From Octopus vulgaris (lineage: Eukaryota), in the NCBI GenBank assembly GCA_951406725.2, contig OX597814.1, positions 110,856,001 to 110,920,000 on the forward strand: a DNA stretch of 64,000 nucleotides, written 5' to 3'. The position numbers and the translations under genes were made by a program. Shown piece after piece: positions 50,951 through 63,859 of the stretch; within the stretch, counting starts at the first letter, position 1, and the number at the start of each line of letters is the position of its first letter. Below the pieces are notes generated by a model. That model made no database searches, was not told the origin of the DNA, and was given only the letters and a program-made list of their open reading frames with translations.

Positions 50951-51339
50951 AAATATTCTCGTTATGACATAGTTCCAGCATCACATGGCTCATGGCCCAG
51001 TTTTGTGATTAATAAAATATCTGAAGTAGTGTAAATCAGACCTGGTTAAGAGAATGTGCTGGAACCCTCCCTCCCTCTCACCAACAACAAGACAACAAAG
51101 GAAGCCTACACACAAGGAAACAAAATTTTGGTTTCAAAACCAGAAAATTCAAACAACAGACAGCTTGAATCTTTCAAAATAACAACTTCAAAATGGTGAG
51201 GAAAAAACAAAAACCATAAAATTCAAGAAAATTAACAACACCTAACAGAAAATATAAAGAATATTGGAAAATCAAATAATATATTTATAAAAAAAAATAA
51301 CATTGATAATATTTAAAAAAAGAAAAAAAAACTAATGAT

Positions 51340-51970
51340 AATAATACCTGAAAGTCTATAAATAATGAGGCTAGAAACATAACTTGTAGTTTAAATGTTG
51401 AAGAAAAAGTTGTAATTCAGAGCAAGTAGACTCTTAATTCCAACTAAAACAGGATTGGTAAAATCAACAGCAAAATTTATAATTTTCCAGATTAACAGTC
51501 TGGAACAAAAGAGTGCTTGAGTAACAAATTGGTTTAGAATCCCTGGTAAACAAAAATATATGTTTATCCAATATAACATTATAGACGACTACCTGTTCAT
51601 AACTAAACGTCTACTATTAAAATAATTCACGAAACACTACTCCATCATCTTAGATAATGATGTACCAAAGCATGCTAGGAAATCAGGTTTTTTTTTGGTC
51701 TTTAATAAGTAACATGTAAATTATAATACAGTGCCAAAGTTTCAGATGCGAGAATAGAAGATATGTCTTCTGTAGAAATTACAAATTTATCAGGTATATG
51801 CAATTTCAAATTTAATACATATATTTAGTCCACAATAAAATCCATTGTGTTAATGGTAGGTTTTGTAAAGGCGATGCCTTATTAATCTTCAAAAGCATCA
51901 ACAGAACTGTAAGATCAATTCAAGAAAAAAAACCTAATCAAGTTATTCAAGGAATTGAAACCCTACAGTA
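51340..51970 (+). pseudogene. Decayed Penelope-like element RT
   Basis: Ordered remnants: INNEARNI, RLLIPTK, VTNWFRIP, FIQYNIIDDY..IT..LLLK, KHARKS, EITNLSG, GRFCKGDAL (cf. GLYRDDGL) and KKNLIKLFKEL. Confidence 0.65.
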
Positions 51971-52932
51971 TCAAATGATTGAATAATCTCTCTTTTAGTA
52001 TGTCATCATCATCATTGTCATTTAACGTCAGCTTTCCGTGCTGGCATGGGCTGGATGGTTTGATTGAGAACAGGTAAGCCAGGAGGCTGCACCAGGCCCC
52101 AATCTGATTTGGCAAGGTTTCTACAGCTGGATGCCCTTCCTAATGCCAACACTCCAAGAGTGTGGTGATTTGCTTTTTATGTACCACCGGCACAGGTGTC
52201 AGTCAGGTGGCACTGACATCGACCACACTCGATTGGTGCTTTTTATGTACCACTGACTCAAGTGCCAGTCAAGCACTACTGGCATCAGATGTATAATATA
52301 TATATATATATATATACAATTATCATCATCAATATATACAAACTTGTTACCAGTTCAAATATTCTTGAGGCATATTCCAAGAAATCTGTAAGAAAGCCAT
52401 TGACTGTATTTTGTGATGGAGAAAATTTCTCACTCTAAAGAAATAAGTGTAGATACTCTGGGTCAGTTGGTGCTTAAAATTTGGAAAAAAGGTTTTGTAA
52501 GGGATTATAATACTATCCATGTATAAGAAACTCCCATATTTTTTTAACCTAACTTTTGACAAAAAAAGGTTCCTTATACCTGTTAAAATATGGTGTATCC
52601 AATGCTGGATGTGAGATATATGTCTCTGTATTATGCTCCTAGTGATTAGCATGGTTAGAAACCCCCACCAATCGGTGTAAGGGGGATCTTGGCCAGGTTG
52701 TCTGTAAGTTGTAATGTTTGATTCTAATATTTGTTTGTGATAACCCATGTCAGCATGGAAAACGGATGTTAATTAATGATAATGATGTTTATCTGTAGAC
52801 TTATATTTGTATTTTTATTTCATCCTTTTGGGTTGTACGGGTTTAGGTTATCGAATTTGATGAGGATGGTTTTTAGATGAGAGGGTATGACTTGTTGTTT
52901 TAATGATATAAGATAAATATGATGCATATAAC

Positions 52933-53680
52933 ATCATCATCATCATTATTTAACGTCCACTTTCCATGCTGGTATTGGTCGGACAGTTTGAATGGGGACT
53001 GGCAAGCTAAGAGGCTGCACCAAGATCCAATCTGATCTGGCAATGTTTCTACAGCTGGATATGTAAAACCGCCCAAACTTTTAAGCTTTAAATAATATAA
53101 TAATTATTAATCAACTATTTTCATAATGCTTGGGTAAATAAAAATCAATTTTTACACTAAAAAAATAATAGGGTATCTAATCGCCAACCACTCCACAAGT
53201 GTAGTGGGTGATTTTTACTTGCCACTGGCATGGGAACCAATCAGGCAACACTGGCATCGGCCACACTTGGATGGTGCTTTTTACATGCTACCGGCACAGG
53301 AGCCAGTTGGGATGAGGGGGGCTGGCTTCTACCATATTCGGATGGTGCTTTTTATGTGCCACCGACATGGGAAGCCAGTCAGGCGACACTGGCCACAAAC
53401 CACACATGAATGGTGCTTATTACTTGTCACTAGCACAGGAGCCAGTCAGGTGGCACTGGCATCGGCCACAACTACAATTTCCATTTGATTTGATTTGATT
53501 TTGAATTTACTTGACTCAATAGGTTTCCTCAACCACAGCATGTTGCCTGATGATTCAAGGGTACTTTTTAAATGGGCTAGTTATGTGACACTGGTGTAGG
53601 CCATGGCTGTGATCTCACTTTACTTGCCAGGTCTTCTCAATCACAGCATATCTCCAGAGTTCTCGGTCTTTCATCATTGC
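52933..53680 (-). mobile_element. Long family C SINE copy containing a NUMT
   Basis: Family match on both sides of 53061-53182. Confidence 0.8.
53061..53182 (-). pseudogene. NUMT: mitochondrial 12S (SSU) rRNA fragment
   Basis: Minus strand reads GATTAGATACCCTATTATTTTTTAGTGTAAA...AAAGCTTAAAAGTTTGGGCGGTTTTA, matching conserved SSU motifs in very AT-rich mitochondrial style. Confidence 0.85.
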
Positions 53681-54282
53681 CTTTTTTTTTTTTTTTTTAA
53701 CATAAAAGCCTTAATGGCAGCCACTACATAATTGTTAAACTGGGTAGAAATAGCAGCTAAGATCTTCCCCCAATCATACCCTATTATCTTATGTAAGTAT
53801 AAATATAAACCAACATGGGAGACAGTCAAATTTGTTGCTATCTCTATCTATTTCTACTGTTATAGGTATAAGCAAATGAGCTAGCTGGAAAATAGTAGCT
53901 AAGCCTATTAGAAATAACAGCCAAATCTCTTGCATATCTTTGAAGGGTTGGGAAAAAATGAAGAATGTTTTTAGTCTGTGGCTTTGAATTGAACAGGTGA
54001 TGATGGAATGGTATGAGTGAATTAGTTTGAGATGAGTGCCAAAGTCAGAACATTACCATATGGTATGAGATTGATAATTTTGATAATCATAAATGAGTAT
54101 CACTTTGCAGAAACATGTCAGGACATGGGGGAAATGTTACCTGGCTTGGGAACAGGTGAGGATTGGCGACAGGTAGAGTATTGTCTAGCTTTTGAAAAAT
54201 CTACCTCGATATATTCCATCCGGCCCATGGAAAAGTGGCTACACACACACAGACAGGCTATGTTCAATATATAAGGTATTCA

Positions 54283-54520
54283 GGGTGACAAGCTGGCAGA
54301 ATCATTAGGTTGCCGGGCGAAATGCTTAGCGGAATTTCCTCTGCTGCTATGTTCTGAGTTCAAATTCCGCCAAGGTCGATTTTGCCTTTCATCCTTTCGG
54401 GGTTGATTAAATAAGTAACAGTTCCTCACTGGGGGTCGATGCAATCAACTTAATCCCTTTGTTTGTCTTTGTTTGTCCCCTCTGTGTTTAGCCCCACCCC
54501 CTGAGGGCAATAAAGAAATA
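54283..54520 (+). mobile_element. SINE family B
   Basis: Family match; ATATAAGGTATTCAG is duplicated on both sides. Confidence 0.85.
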
Positions 54521-54769
54521 AATATATAAGGTATTCAGCAGGAAGTAGGCTTTTGAAATACCTGGAAATGTGGGAACTGGCTAACAAGAAAGGGAGAAAG
54601 AACATGCAGTATGCCTGTGCATAGACTCTCATACACACTCTCTTTCTCTCTCTCTGTCTCTCTCTCTCACACACACACATGTTGCTTATTACAATGCATT
54701 TAGTTCAATTCTAAATGAACATTATTTTCTGTTTGAGTAATTTTTTTTTTCATTTCTTTATATTGTGTA

Positions 54770-54805
<36 letters not shown>

Positions 54806-55279
54806 TGTATGTGTGTGTGTGTGTATGTATGACAATGAGTTGGTAGTTCTCCCTCTTCTCTCTCTGACCCCCCCCCCCCCCCGAATGTTTTCATTACATA
54901 TAATTGAGATTTTTATAAGAAGCATCTGATGTCATTGAAATAAGATAAAGCAACTCGGTTCTGCCGGATGTTAATCAATATTTTCAGAATGTAAATTCTT
55001 TAACGAGCCAAATTGTATCTAATTAGCTGTATTCAGGCAACTAATTCAAGGCAACATTCCCATCGTGCTGCCTTTCATTCAATTTTTGATTGCTCTTCTC
55101 AAACACAAAGATCTCTAAAAATTGATTTACTTTCAAATGGAGGTTAAACCTACAAACAAGCTCTTGGGATGCATTCTTCCTGCAACAACTTGTTCCAACA
55201 GTTACAAACCTCCTCTCCACCGCCACCTCATACAATCCACCAGCAAATCTTTTTTTTTCTTGTAATACTCTACTTCAAC

Positions 55280-55759
55280 TATTGAGCATTTAAACCGGTC
55301 ACACCTGCCCGAAATATCCTACCTGTATTCTGGTCAAAGCCAGTCAGATCTGGCCTTTCACACCTACCTTACAATATCATTCTAAAAATAATCACTATTT
55401 CTTTACTGCTCACAAGGGGCTAAACACAGAGGGGACAAACAAGGACAGACAAATGGATTAAGTTGATTACATCGACCCCAGTGCATAACTGGTACTTAAT
55501 TTGTCAACCCCAAAAGGATGAAAGGCAAAGTCGACCTTGGCGGAATTTGAACTCAGAACATAACGGCAGACGAAATACAGCTACATATTTCGCCCGGCGT
55601 GCTAATGTTTCTGCCAGCTCGCCACCTTATATTATTCTAAAAATAAATAATCACACCATCGGAATCTCAAAGCTCTGTGATAATGCATCATTAATTCAAA
55701 ATAACTGGAATAAATGAAAATTATATTGGATAAAAGTAATCTGAATGCTAAAGGGTGAA
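55280..55759. mobile_element. piggyBac-type MITE (same family as the outer 40012-40424 element) interrupted by a family B SINE (~55396-55628, minus)
   Basis: Shared body and GCTAAAGGG end. ATTCTAAAAATAA is duplicated around the SINE. Confidence 0.7.
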
Positions 55760-55954
55760 CCCTTTCTTTCAACTTTGGGCAGTGGGGGAGGGGAAACCAT
55801 TTTCTTTAGGTTTGGGTTTTTTTTTTTTTTTTGTAGTTTCAGCTCAGAGCTGTGACCATTTGTTTATTTATATTTTGTTTCGGTTTTAGAAATGCTGGAA
55901 TGAGTCAGATTAGTATTATGGATTAAAAGAATCCCTGTGATATGTTTGTGTGTA

Positions 55955-56204
55955 CAGTGATCCCTCGACTATCACGGGTGTCACATTCCAAAACCCCTCC
56001 GCAATAGGTGAAAATCTGTGAAGCAGAAACAGTACTGTACTGTATAATTTTCTTTTATTATTTTTATAATTTGTGTATATTTTTATTATATATGCGAAAC
56101 AACACAACAGAGGAATCAACATAAGCTTAAATAATAAACCGGGATGGGTGAAATGCAATAGGTGAACCGTGATAGGTGAAACGTGATATGGTGAGGGACT
56201 ACTG
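55955..56204. mobile_element. pogo/Tigger-type MITE
   Basis: TA-CAGTGATCCCTCG ... TGAGGGACTACTG-TA. Confidence 0.8.
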
Positions 56205-56642
56205 TATGTCTGTCTTTGTGTGTGTGTGCACGTGCATGCCTGTGTATGTGTGAGTGCACATCTGTATGTGCATGTATGGGTGCATGTGCATCTACATGTG
56301 CATCGGTGCATGCCAAGACAGATGTATGTTTCCGTATGTGTCTGTCTGTTGTCATTCTGTGCACATCTGTCTGACTGACTGGGTGTCTGTCTATGATTTA
56401 GTCAGGACATTAACCTCACTTCCAATATAAGCCGTTATGAAAGGTCTGTCTGTCAATCACTTGCTGTCTGTTGTAAAGTTATCGTTATTTCATGATTACA
56501 TGCATCTTAATGTAGTTAGTTGCTCAGCAGCTTTTCACCTTCCTCCACTATTACCCACCTCCTCACTCCACTGTATATCTATCTATTATACATATATCTA
56601 TATATTTATATATCCTATATATATATATATATAAAATTGTGC

Positions 56643-56710
<68 letters not shown>

Positions 56711-57384
56711 TGTGTCTGTGTATATGTGCATTTGTGTGTGGGTGTGTTGGGAACTTCCATTTGAAGTGCCAGATATATTGTCTGCAGGTGCCTGCCGCCA
56801 GTCTAAAGCCAGAAAACTCTCTGGTCAGAAGAACAGGAAAAAAAGACAGACAGAAAGTGAAAGTAGGTTTTTTTTTTTTGTTGTTGTTTTTCAGTTTCTT
56901 TTTCTGAATTTGGGATGTTAATATTCTTTGTCTCTTTTCAAACTATTTTCTGTTTGAAACAATAACAACTAATCAATATACTACCTTTAATCAATAGACT
57001 ATAATCAATATATTATCTTTCTTTCTGTTGTTGTTGTTGGCTTTTTTCTTTCTTTTCTTCCTTCTTCCCACCCCCATCCCTCCTCTTTATTTTATTGATG
57101 GACATCTATCACTGCAGACAATTATTGTGGTATTGCTGCTAACCCTGTATTTTCTAAACTCTTGAGATGTTAAAGAAAAACTGCTACTAAATTTAGTCAT
57201 TCAACTCTTTCTTGTTTATTGATGCTGTTTTAACTGCAGGCGATGTCCAAAATTGTAACAAAGTTTTATTTGTGAAATCAGTGTCAAAAATATTTCTCGC
57301 TTCTTACTGCATGTTTGCTGCTCTCTCGCGTGTTGTATTGTTTTGATATTCTGCATGTGCATGTCACGTGGTCTTGAATGCCTT

Positions 57385-57665
57385 CAACTGTTCCACCTCT
57401 CCACCATCATTCCATCGCACCACTCCACACTCCCAAAAGCATTTCAATCCGCACATCAATCATTATTCCATTGTATCACTCCACACCTCAACCTTCATTC
57501 CACTGTTCCATTCCTCACCTCAACCATCATTCCATTCTGCAATTCCACATCTCAGTCATTATTCCATTGTATCACTCCACACTTCAACCTTCATTCCATT
57601 GTTCCATTCCTCACCCCAACCATCATTCCATTCTATCATTCCATACCTCTGCAATTATTCCATTC
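57385..57665. repeat. Minisatellite of ~32-bp subunits with a 96-bp higher-order repeat
   Basis: CATTATTCCATTGTATCACTCCACAC occurs at 57461 and 57557. Confidence 0.85.
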
Positions 57666-57816
57666 AAACAAATATATTCAACCAACAAAAAATTAAATGC
57701 CATTGTTTTTCTTTGTCCTGTGGAGTGTTTTCCTTGCTTGAGTACTTCAATTTCCAGTTTTGGTTTCTCTGAAAATTTTAGTGATGTTATTTTCATATGA
57801 CTAAAATATTTTGCCT

Positions 57817-58292
57817 TTAACCCTTTCATTACCAACCTGGTTGAAACCAGCTCTGTAGTACAAATATCTTGTTTTCATAAGTTTTGAATTAAAATCTTCC
57901 CCCAAACCGTAGTCGCAATTTATGTTCCTAACACTAGCTTAATGATAACTAAGTTATTTTACTAAATTCTTTGTTATATTCAAAATTAATTGAAAGTAAC
58001 ACAGAGCATCTCAACAGAAATATAGTAACAAAAGGTTTAGAATATATAATAGAGAAACAATTCTTAACCTTTTCGTTACCAATCCGGCTGAAACCACCTC
58101 TGGCTCTGTAGTACAAATGTCTTGTTTTCAAAAGTTCTGAATTAAAATCTTCCACCAAACCTTTGTCACAATTTCTGTTCCAAACACTAGCTTAATGATA
58201 ACTAAGTTGTTTTACTAAATTCTTTGTTATATTTAAAGTAATTGAAAGAAACCCAGAGCATCTCAAAATAAACCCAGTAATGAAAGGGTTAA
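57817..58292. mobile_element. Two adjacent piggyBac-type MITEs (57817-58039 and 58064-58292)
   Basis: Same family as 13343-13566, in reverse orientation. Confidence 0.85.
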
Positions 58293-58756
58293 CCTACTTT
58301 TTTTCCCACCAAGGCAGGTGGCAGATATGTCTATATAATGTATATGTGTACTCCCTTCTCCCCCACTCCAATATTAACAAATATTCCAAGCTACCGTCAG
58401 ATTGTTGAGCTGTAAACAAATACCTGCCTCCACCATGGGCTATAAAGGCAACAACTTCATTTCCCAAGGTAATGCTCTCTTTACCTGAGAGACAGGTACA
58501 TTAACATCCATTTACCTCAGATTTCCAGTGAATTCCCCACGTCCCCCACTCTGTCGGAGGTAACATTATGTCCATCTGCTTGAGATTGTGCTAGACCCTT
58601 CTGCCTGGTAAACTGTGGCAGCCTCAGTGAAGGTAACCCACACTGAAAGCAGAAATCTTGCCAGAACTGGAGTGTAGAAAGGTGCTAAGAACTCCACAAG
58701 GTGCCAAAAGATGGGTACCTTGATAAAATACACCCTGCTTGTTCTTGCTGTAAAGT

Positions 58757-59063
58757 TGTTGTTTGTTCCTTCTCGAGCCATGCCTGGCTCATTAGGGCTG
58801 GTTTCCCGGTTTCCTTGGCGTATAGGTTCCCCACCTGGATGGGACGCCAGTCCATCGCAGTTGAGCTGCAAGATGCAGGAGAAAACAGTGAGAGAAAGTT
58901 GTGGCAAAAGAGTCAGCAAAAGTTTGCCATTACCTTCTGCTGGAGCCGCATGGAGCTTAGATATTTCACTCATAAACACACACATCGCCTGATCTGAGAT
59001 TCGAACTTGTGATCCCTCGACCGCAATTCCGCTGCTCTAACCACTAGGCCATGTGCCTCCACA
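58757..59063 (-). mobile_element. tRNA(Arg)-like SINE with V-domain-like block and (AAC)n tail
   Basis: Minus strand has TGGCCTAGTGGTTAGAGC...GTTCGAATCTC and GATGGACTGGCGTCCCATCCAGG. The 11-bp TSD TGCTGTAAAGT lies at 58746-58756 and 59064-59074. Confidence 0.85.
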
Positions 59064-59529
59064 TGCTGTAAAGTGATTCGTGGTAGGAAGGGCTTCCAGT
59101 TACAAAAGCCTTGGGTTTCTCAAGATTACTTGCAGATTACTTGTCTGTGAGGATAGTAACTCCCAAGAAGAACTGAGAGCAGAGGACTTTGATCTTGCCA
59201 CAGGAAAACCCTCTGGTGCTGGTGGCCTCATATGAAACATCCAGTCTGTGCTGTTTGCTGCAGATGATGAAGGCGATGGTGAATGTCAAACCCATGTCAG
59301 CAGGGAAACACTGATCTAAAATAATAATGATGATGATGACATATAGGAGTGGTTGGTGTTAGGAAGAGCATCCAGCTGTAGAAACCTTGTCAGATCAGAT
59401 TGGAGCCTGGTGCAGCCTCCTGGCTTGCCAGTCCTCAGTCAAACCATCCAACCCATGCCAGCATGGAAAGTGGACATCAAACGATGGTGATGATGTATGA
59501 AATAATCTCATCTCGTGACAGTTTATCAT

Positions 59530-59887
59530 TTGTCTTTTACCTGTCTTAGTCATTAGACTGCAGCCAAGCTGGAGCACTGCCTTGAAATTTTTAGTTGAAT
59601 GAATCAAGTCCAGCGCTTATTTCTTTAAGCCTAGCACTTATTCTGCCAGTTTCTTTTGCTGAACTGTTAAGTCACAGGGATATAAACACACCAACACCTG
59701 TTGGCAAGCAATGGTACTGAGGATAAACACACACACACACACACATTCACACATGAGAAGCTTCCTTCAGTTTATGCCTATCAAATCCACTTAGTCAGCC
59801 CAGGGTTATAGTAGATGACACTTGCCTGTGACGCAGAGGCACCCAGAACCCTGTAGTTGAGAAGCAAGCTTTTTACCACACAGCCAA
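59530..59887 (-). mobile_element. SINE family A (diverged)
   Basis: Reverse copy of family A. Confidence 0.7.
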
Positions 59888-60363
59888 GTAAGATTTTCAT
59901 GGAAATGCTTTTAAGCATTGTGTGTGTGTGTGTGCGTCCAGAAGGTAAAAATCATCATTGTCGTTTAATGTCTACTTTCCATGCTGGCATGGGTTGGACA
60001 ATCAAAATACAAACTAAGAAACAGCCCTTGTTCACTTGATTTTGCTTCTATTCTGTTGCCCTTCTCCTCACTGGCAGCTCACTCTTCTTCTACATTATTA
60101 CATATCTTCATTTTATAAAAATAATAATAATGAACTGTTTTTCCCCACTGGTGGAGGCTGGTTGTATTAACTAATGAAAAAACCAAAACTGGTTCACAAT
60201 GGCCCCATTTCTTAACATGGTACCATAAGTGTGTGAAGATATGGCATAGAGGGGTGAAGGGGTCATTCTTCCACTTTCTAGCCCAGAACTCTTCCTTTGC
60301 TTCTCAAATTGTCCAAGTAGCATCACCAATGACAATACTACAGCTGTATCCCAAGAACAAGGG

Positions 60364-60570
60364 GTTTGGTAATCTGGGACAGTCTGTCCTCTCTGTTTTG
60401 TAATCTGGGACAGTCTGTCCTCTCTATTTGGTAATCTAGGACAGTTTGTCTGTCTGTCCCCTCTATTTAGTAATCTGGGATAGTCTGTCTGTCCCCTCTG
60501 TTTGGTAGTCTGAGACAGTCTGTGTGTGTGTTCCTCCTCTGTTTGGTTATCTGGGACTGTCTGAGTCCCT
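60364..60570. repeat. ~30-38-bp minisatellite (TTTGGTAATCTGGGACAGTCTGTCCTCTCT), about six units
   Basis: Seen directly. Confidence 0.9.
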
Positions 60571-61442
60571 TCTCTTTCTCAATGTGCCTTCATAAGGGGT
60601 TTTTATCTCTGGGCCCCTTTGATTGTATTATAATTAAACAGTCCTGTAGCTTTATCAAGTGACAACTTTAGAATGCTTATGACCTGTTTTATAGGTATTT
60701 GTAACCATCCCAGAGAGAGAGAGAGAGAGAGAGGGTAGGAGGAGATACTGAGTTGATGAGTGAGGGCAGGAGTGAATAGATAAAACACACATCAATGTAT
60801 ACATGCGTGTGTGTATGTGTGCGTGTGTGCGTTTTAGATTTTTCCATAATGCTCTCATGTAACACATTTACATACAAACACACACACATGCATGCATACA
60901 CATATGCATGTCCTATACATGTGCATACACCTAAATGCATACAGAACCATGTATCTACACACATCCAATCCTATGTGTGCATCTACACAGTGCACACACA
61001 CACACACACACTGTACCTCCTAGAAAACTAGTTGAAGTTAAATACAGTGAAATGATGAAACGTAAAAACAAAAAAATAAATAAATAACTAAATCAAAATG
61101 ACCCAACAAACAAAAAAACAATGTCCCTATCTGCATGTTGAGATAAGTTTTGTAATTATGTTATAGTTTGTTAATTGGTTATCTAACTTAATTAATGTAA
61201 TTATTTTGATAATTATATTATAATTGCTTATGTGACTGACTTAATACAATTATGTTAGTAACGATGTTATTGTTTTGTTGTTGGTTATTTAATGTTTTGT
61301 TTTGTTCTAAAAATGTTTTAAATGTTAGAATTACAATTTTAACTCATTTTGTTGTTGTTGTGTGTGTGTCTGCGTGTGTGTGTGTGCATGTTGTACACAT
61401 CTCATTATAAAGATATGTGTATATTATTCTTAAACAATGTTT

Positions 61443-61513
61443 TTGACTGTGACTTTGAAGTTTTGGCCAGGTAATGCATCACAGTCTGGCCAAAACTTCG
61501 AAGTCACTGTCAA
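61443..61513. other. Isolated 28-bp stem, 15-nt loop hairpin (pre-miRNA-like)
   Basis: TTGACTGTGACTTTGAAGTTTTGGCCAG pairs with CTGGCCAAAACTTCGAAGTCACTGTCAA, with one mismatch and one G-U pair on the + strand. Confidence 0.6.
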
Positions 61514-61629
61514 TACTAACCTTGTTAAAAAAAATAATAAATGTGTGTTCTACAAAAGCAGAGAGTAACCCATCGGGTTAATGTGAAATTGTTTTTATTA
61601 ATACTGAACATAGAAACAAGCGCTAACTT

Positions 61630-61693
61630 TATATATGTATGTGTATATATATGTATGTATGTGTGTGTGTATATATGTGTGTGTATGTATATG

Positions 61694-61724
<31 letters not shown>

Positions 61725-61753
61725 GCATGTATATATGTGTGTATATATGTGTG

Positions 61754-61784
<31 letters not shown>

Positions 61785-62199
61785 GTATATCTATATATGT
61801 ATATGTATATCTATATATGTATGTATATATATTTATATATGTATATATGTATGTATATATGTATATGTATATATGTATGTATATATGTATATGTATATAT
61901 GTATGTGTATATGTATATATGTATGTATATATGTATATGTATATATGTATGTATATATATGTATATGTATATATGTATGTATATGTATATATGTATGTAT
62001 ATATGTATGTATATGTATATATGTATGTATATATGTATGTACATGTATGTATATATATATATGTATGTACATGTATGTATATATATATATGTATGTACAT
62101 GTATGTATATATATATGTATGTATGTATGTATGTACATATATGTATGTATATATATATGTATGTATGCATGTATATATATATGTATGTATGCATGTATA

Positions 62200-62235
<36 letters not shown>

Positions 62236-62305
62236 TGTATGTACATATATGTATGTATATATATATGTATGTATGCATGTATATATATATGTATGTATGC
62301 ATGTA

Positions 62306-62338
<33 letters not shown>

Positions 62339-62382
62339 ATGTATGGATGTATATATGTATGTATATATACATACATATATAC
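61630..62382. repeat. Long compound (TA)/(TATG)/(TATATG) microsatellite
   Basis: Seen directly; source of the long YIY/MYV ORFs. Confidence 0.97.
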
Positions 62383-62621
62383 AAGCAAATTACATGTGTG
62401 TATATATTTCAGTGTCTCTAACCAATTGCCAATTATGGGCCCCCTAGGGAATAGTTTAATTAATGATGATGAGAGATAAAAAGAAATTCAGGAATAAACA
62501 GTCTGAAAATTTTTTTATTCTCGGCTTTGTTGACATTATCAAGAAATCTGAAAATATGTTTCACACAAAACCAAAGCATTTGAACTTCTTCAAAACTCCA
62601 TCTCTTCCAAATTATATTCTA

Positions 62622-62996
62622 CTAGCAGTATCGCCCGGCGTTGCTCAGGTTTGTAAGGGAAATAACTATAAAGCATTTTTAGAGAGTTATAGCCAAAAAA
62701 TAGCAAAAAAAATGATGGTAAATTTTTTTGAGAGTTAAAAAAGGTGGAGTTGCGACCCCTAGACGGCCTGTGGTTTGGATTTCTGATTCTCGACCCCATG
62801 TCGAATTTATCGATTTTTTTTCAGAACTGGGGGAACGTTTCAAAATTTTTGCTGCGTTAGTTTTGAATTATGACATTGGGCTATGTGTGTGTCAAGTTTC
62901 ATCAGAATCGGTTGAAAGCCGTGGTCAGGGTGAGAGTACAACCTAACAGACACACAGAAACACACACAGACAAACTGCCGTTTATATAGAGAGAGA
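62622..62996 (-). mobile_element. Non-autonomous Helitron
   Basis: Minus strand reads A|TCTCTC...CCTGAGCAACGCCGGG (hairpin)...CTAG|T, the canonical Helitron termini and A/T target. Confidence 0.8.
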
Positions 62997-63296
62997 TGAT
63001 TTTAATTCCCAACCATGGAATATTCTGTTTTACAAGAATTCAGAGGCCCCTAAATATGGGCAATGGATGATGCTGTCCCTTCTTTGACTAAGCTACAAAT
63101 ATCCCTGACCCACTCCTAGGGGTCCTAGGGCATCCAGCTGTAGAAACCATGCCAAAACTGACAATTGGAGCTCAGTGCAGTTGTCAGTCCTTGTCAAACT
63201 GTCCCAACCCATACTAAATGGACGTTAAATGACGATGATCTGAGGAAACTACAGATACTCCATGTTGGCAATTGATGACTAAACAGTTCAAAATTA

Positions 63297-63859
63297 TTGG
63301 GTTGTCTGGAAAACTCATGCTGATTTTTAAAGGAAAGAAAATGGTCAAATACTTGCCAGTACATTTTTAATCAACCAAATATGAACTATTTTGTTGCACA
63401 ATGCGTCTTCATCATTCCTTTAACTTGAAAATACCCTCTTCCCAGAATTGAGGTGGTTTCATGGCAAAGAATTCATCAAGGTCTCTTTTTATGTCATCCA
63501 AGGAATTGAAACTTTTACCATTAAGACTATTCTGCAGAGACCTGAATAAGTGGAAATCCGAAGGAGCAATATCTGGTGAATATGGAGGGTGAGGTAACGC
63601 ATCCCAGCCAAGCTGCAGCAATTTTTGTCTGGTTCCTAAAGCATCACGTGCTGAAAATGAACTTTCTTATCTTCCATTTTAAAGGGTTACAGAATTAACA
63701 CAGGTTATAGGAACATAAACCTTCTTCCATGAAAAGATAGCTTAAATTGTGCTCCAAATGGAGGTGTAGTCAAACCCTATTTTATGGACTCAACCATGTT
63801 CTAAAATAAGACGAAAGTTAAGCTACTATAAATTGGCACAAACTTTCCAGACAACCCAA
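63297..63859 (-). mobile_element. Internally deleted mariner transposon
   Basis: TA-TTGGGTTGTCTGGAAA ... TTTCCAGACAACCCAA-TA. The transposase start MEDKKVHFQHVML is joined out of frame to LGTRQKLLQLGWDALPHPPYSPDIAPSDFHLF. Confidence 0.93.

Noticed and set aside
52347-52748. 133-aa minus-strand ORF with faint RT-like words (QILESNI, FLYMDSII)
   Set aside because: May be a decayed Penelope RT piece, but too degenerate to call without a profile search.
61525-62479. 160-312-aa ORFs in several frames
   Set aside because: Microsatellite artefacts.
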